DNA of 24,000 nt from NCBI RefSeq assembly GCF_037844525.1, contig NZ_JBBMMD010000083.1, forward strand, positions 5,653 to 29,652. Reading direction: 5' to 3'. Shown here piece by piece: positions 23,158-24,000 of this stretch. A program made the translations under genes and the position numbers. Every line of letters starts with the position of its first letter. Within the stretch, counting starts at the first letter, position 1. The notes beneath the pieces are model-generated. The model ran no database searches and was not told the DNA's origin. It worked only from the letters and a program-made list of their open reading frames with translations. This DNA is from Tepidibacter sp. Z1-5. GTDB lineage: Bacteria > Bacillota > Clostridia > Peptostreptococcales > Peptostreptococcaceae.

Positions 23158-24000
23158 TAAATGTCTACATCCTCCTCATTTACATTCATAGTAAGCTCTA
23201 TCTTCTCATTTTCATTATCAATATTTGTTATCTTTACTTTAACATCTTGATCTACTTTAACTACATCTTTTGGATTTTTAACAAATTCATAAGAAAGGTT
23301 AGATATGTGTACAAATCCATCGATTATATCATTTAATTTTACAAAAACTCCATAATCTTTAACTACTTTTACCTTACCATTTACAATATCTCCCACATTA
23401 TAACTTTCTACAAACTCATCCCAAGGTCTTTTTTGTAATGCCTTTATGCTAAGAGCAAGTCTTTGAGTTTCTTTATCTAAAGATATAACCTTAACCTTAA
23501 CTAAATCTCCTATTTTATATTCACATTCATGCTTTCTAGCCCAAGATAATTCAGAATTATGAACAAGTCCTACAAAACCATTTAAATCTACAAATACTCC
23601 ATAATCCTTTATATCTTTAACTGTACCTTCTAACAAATCTCCACTTTTTACACTTTCCATAAAATCTAACTTTTTCTTTTCTTCTTCTTTAATTAAAAGA
23701 TTTTTTCTTGAAAGAACGAATCTTTTTTTACTAGAATCTACATCTATAATTTCACAGCTCATAATTTTATCTTTATATTCTTTAAAATCTATATTTTTAA
23801 TATACTTAGTATTTATATGGCTAAGTGGAATAAATCCTCTTATACCTTTATAACTTACTATAAGTCCACTCTTAGATTCTTCAGTTACCTTAACATCTAT
23901 AATTTGTCCTATTTCTAATTCGCTCCATGTTTTTACTTCTTGAGCTCGTTTATTAGAAACTATGACATCCCCTGAATTTCTATCCATTTTTATAACTTTA
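23157..24000 (-). CDS. Multi-S1-domain RNA-binding protein (ribosomal protein S1-like); probably truncated at its N-terminus by the window end
   Basis: At least three S1 repeats: GQIIDVKVTE...GFIPLSH, GDLLEGTVKDIKDYGVFVDL...GLVHNSE and GDIVNGKVKVVKDYGVFVKL...GFVHISN. The frame stays open upstream of the ATG at 23987 to the window edge (..KVIK-MDRNSGDVIVSNKRA), and that stretch looks like the tail of another S1 domain. Confidence 0.85.
   Translation of the reverse strand, partial: KVIKMDRNSGDVIVSNKRAQEVKTWSELEIGQIIDVKVTEESKSGLIVSYKGIRGFIPLSHINTKYIKNIDFKEYKDKIMSCEIIDVDSSKKRFVLSRKNLLIKEEEKKKLDFMESVKSGDLLEGTVKDIKDYGVFVDLNGFVGLVHNSELSWARKHECEYKIGDLVKVKVISLDKETQRLALSIKALQKRPWDEFVESYNVGDIVNGKVKVVKDYGVFVKLNDIIDGFVHISNLSYEFVKNPKDVVKVDQDVKVKITNIDNENEKIELTMNVNEEDVDI

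Noticed and set aside
709-23191. ORF-track entries nested in, or antisense to, strongly supported genes: 709-891(-), 1932-2252, 3783-4094, 5541-5723, 5995-6231, 7545-7736, 7970-8158, 9310-9597, 10839-11045, 11845-12261, 12368-12607, 15142-15348, 18901-19260, 20153-20401, 21110-21346, 21427-21651, 21914-22207, 22481-22723 and 22985-23191.
   Set aside because: Each lies almost wholly within a gene that has clear family motifs. Their translations are low-complexity F/I/L/S-rich strings typical of antisense frames in AT-rich genomes. None has a Shine-Dalgarno sequence at its start.
1-24000. A scan for CRISPR arrays, tandem repeats, IS or transposon ends, integrases, toxin-antitoxin pairs and defence-system gene signatures.
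   Set aside because: No regularly spaced direct repeats, no transposase, recombinase or nuclease-helicase type ORFs and no tRNA or att-like junctions were seen. All inverted repeats found are explained as terminators or are reported individually above.

Overview
This is a very AT-rich chromosomal core segment, by eye well under 30% G+C. It looks like an endospore-forming, low-GC Firmicute of the Clostridia type, based on spoVS, an accB-accC-accD-accA cluster, and dnaG-rpoD ... trmK-nif3 synteny. I support 30 coding regions, 26 of them on the minus strand in tightly packed operons.

Content in window order:
- (1) The N-terminal fragment of an NCS2 purine permease, preceded by a guanine-type purine riboswitch with its own promoter and terminator.
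- (2) A GPR1/FUN34/YaaH (SatP-like) acetate/succinate channel.
- (3) A long, extremely AT-rich spacer holding a 46-bp perfect palindrome, an unexpectedly long open frame and a GC-enriched structured island.
- (4) DUF164 zinc-ribbon protein, Nif3 and TrmK, followed by RpoD and DnaG.
- (5) A nine-gene, translationally coupled folate super-operon: pabA-pabB-pabC-[unknown nucleotidyltransferase]-folE-folP-folB-folK-[DAHP synthase].
- (6) A NodB-type polysaccharide deacetylase, a tandem-rhodanese sulfurtransferase and a class I/II aminotransferase.
- (7) spoVS with a sigma-H-type promoter.
- (8) accBCDA with a strong extended -10 promoter and a FapR-like palindrome in its short leader.
- (9) An orphan cheR coupled through a TAATG overlap to a multi-S1-domain protein that runs off the window end.

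Three small plus-strand ORFs (60-71 aa) with canonical SD sites sit at convergent junctions closed by perfect bidirectional terminators. I found no rRNA, tRNA, CRISPR array, transposase, integrase or recognisable defence genes, so this is mostly ordinary housekeeping DNA.

The items most worth follow-up are:
- the uncharacterised Pol-beta-fold nucleotidyltransferase embedded in the folate operon;
- the minimal DAHP synthase fused onto the same operon;
- two GC-enriched structured intergenic islands (about 1470-1590 and 22205-22320) of unknown class that share some architecture.

All functional calls come from reading motifs in the translations. No database search was possible.
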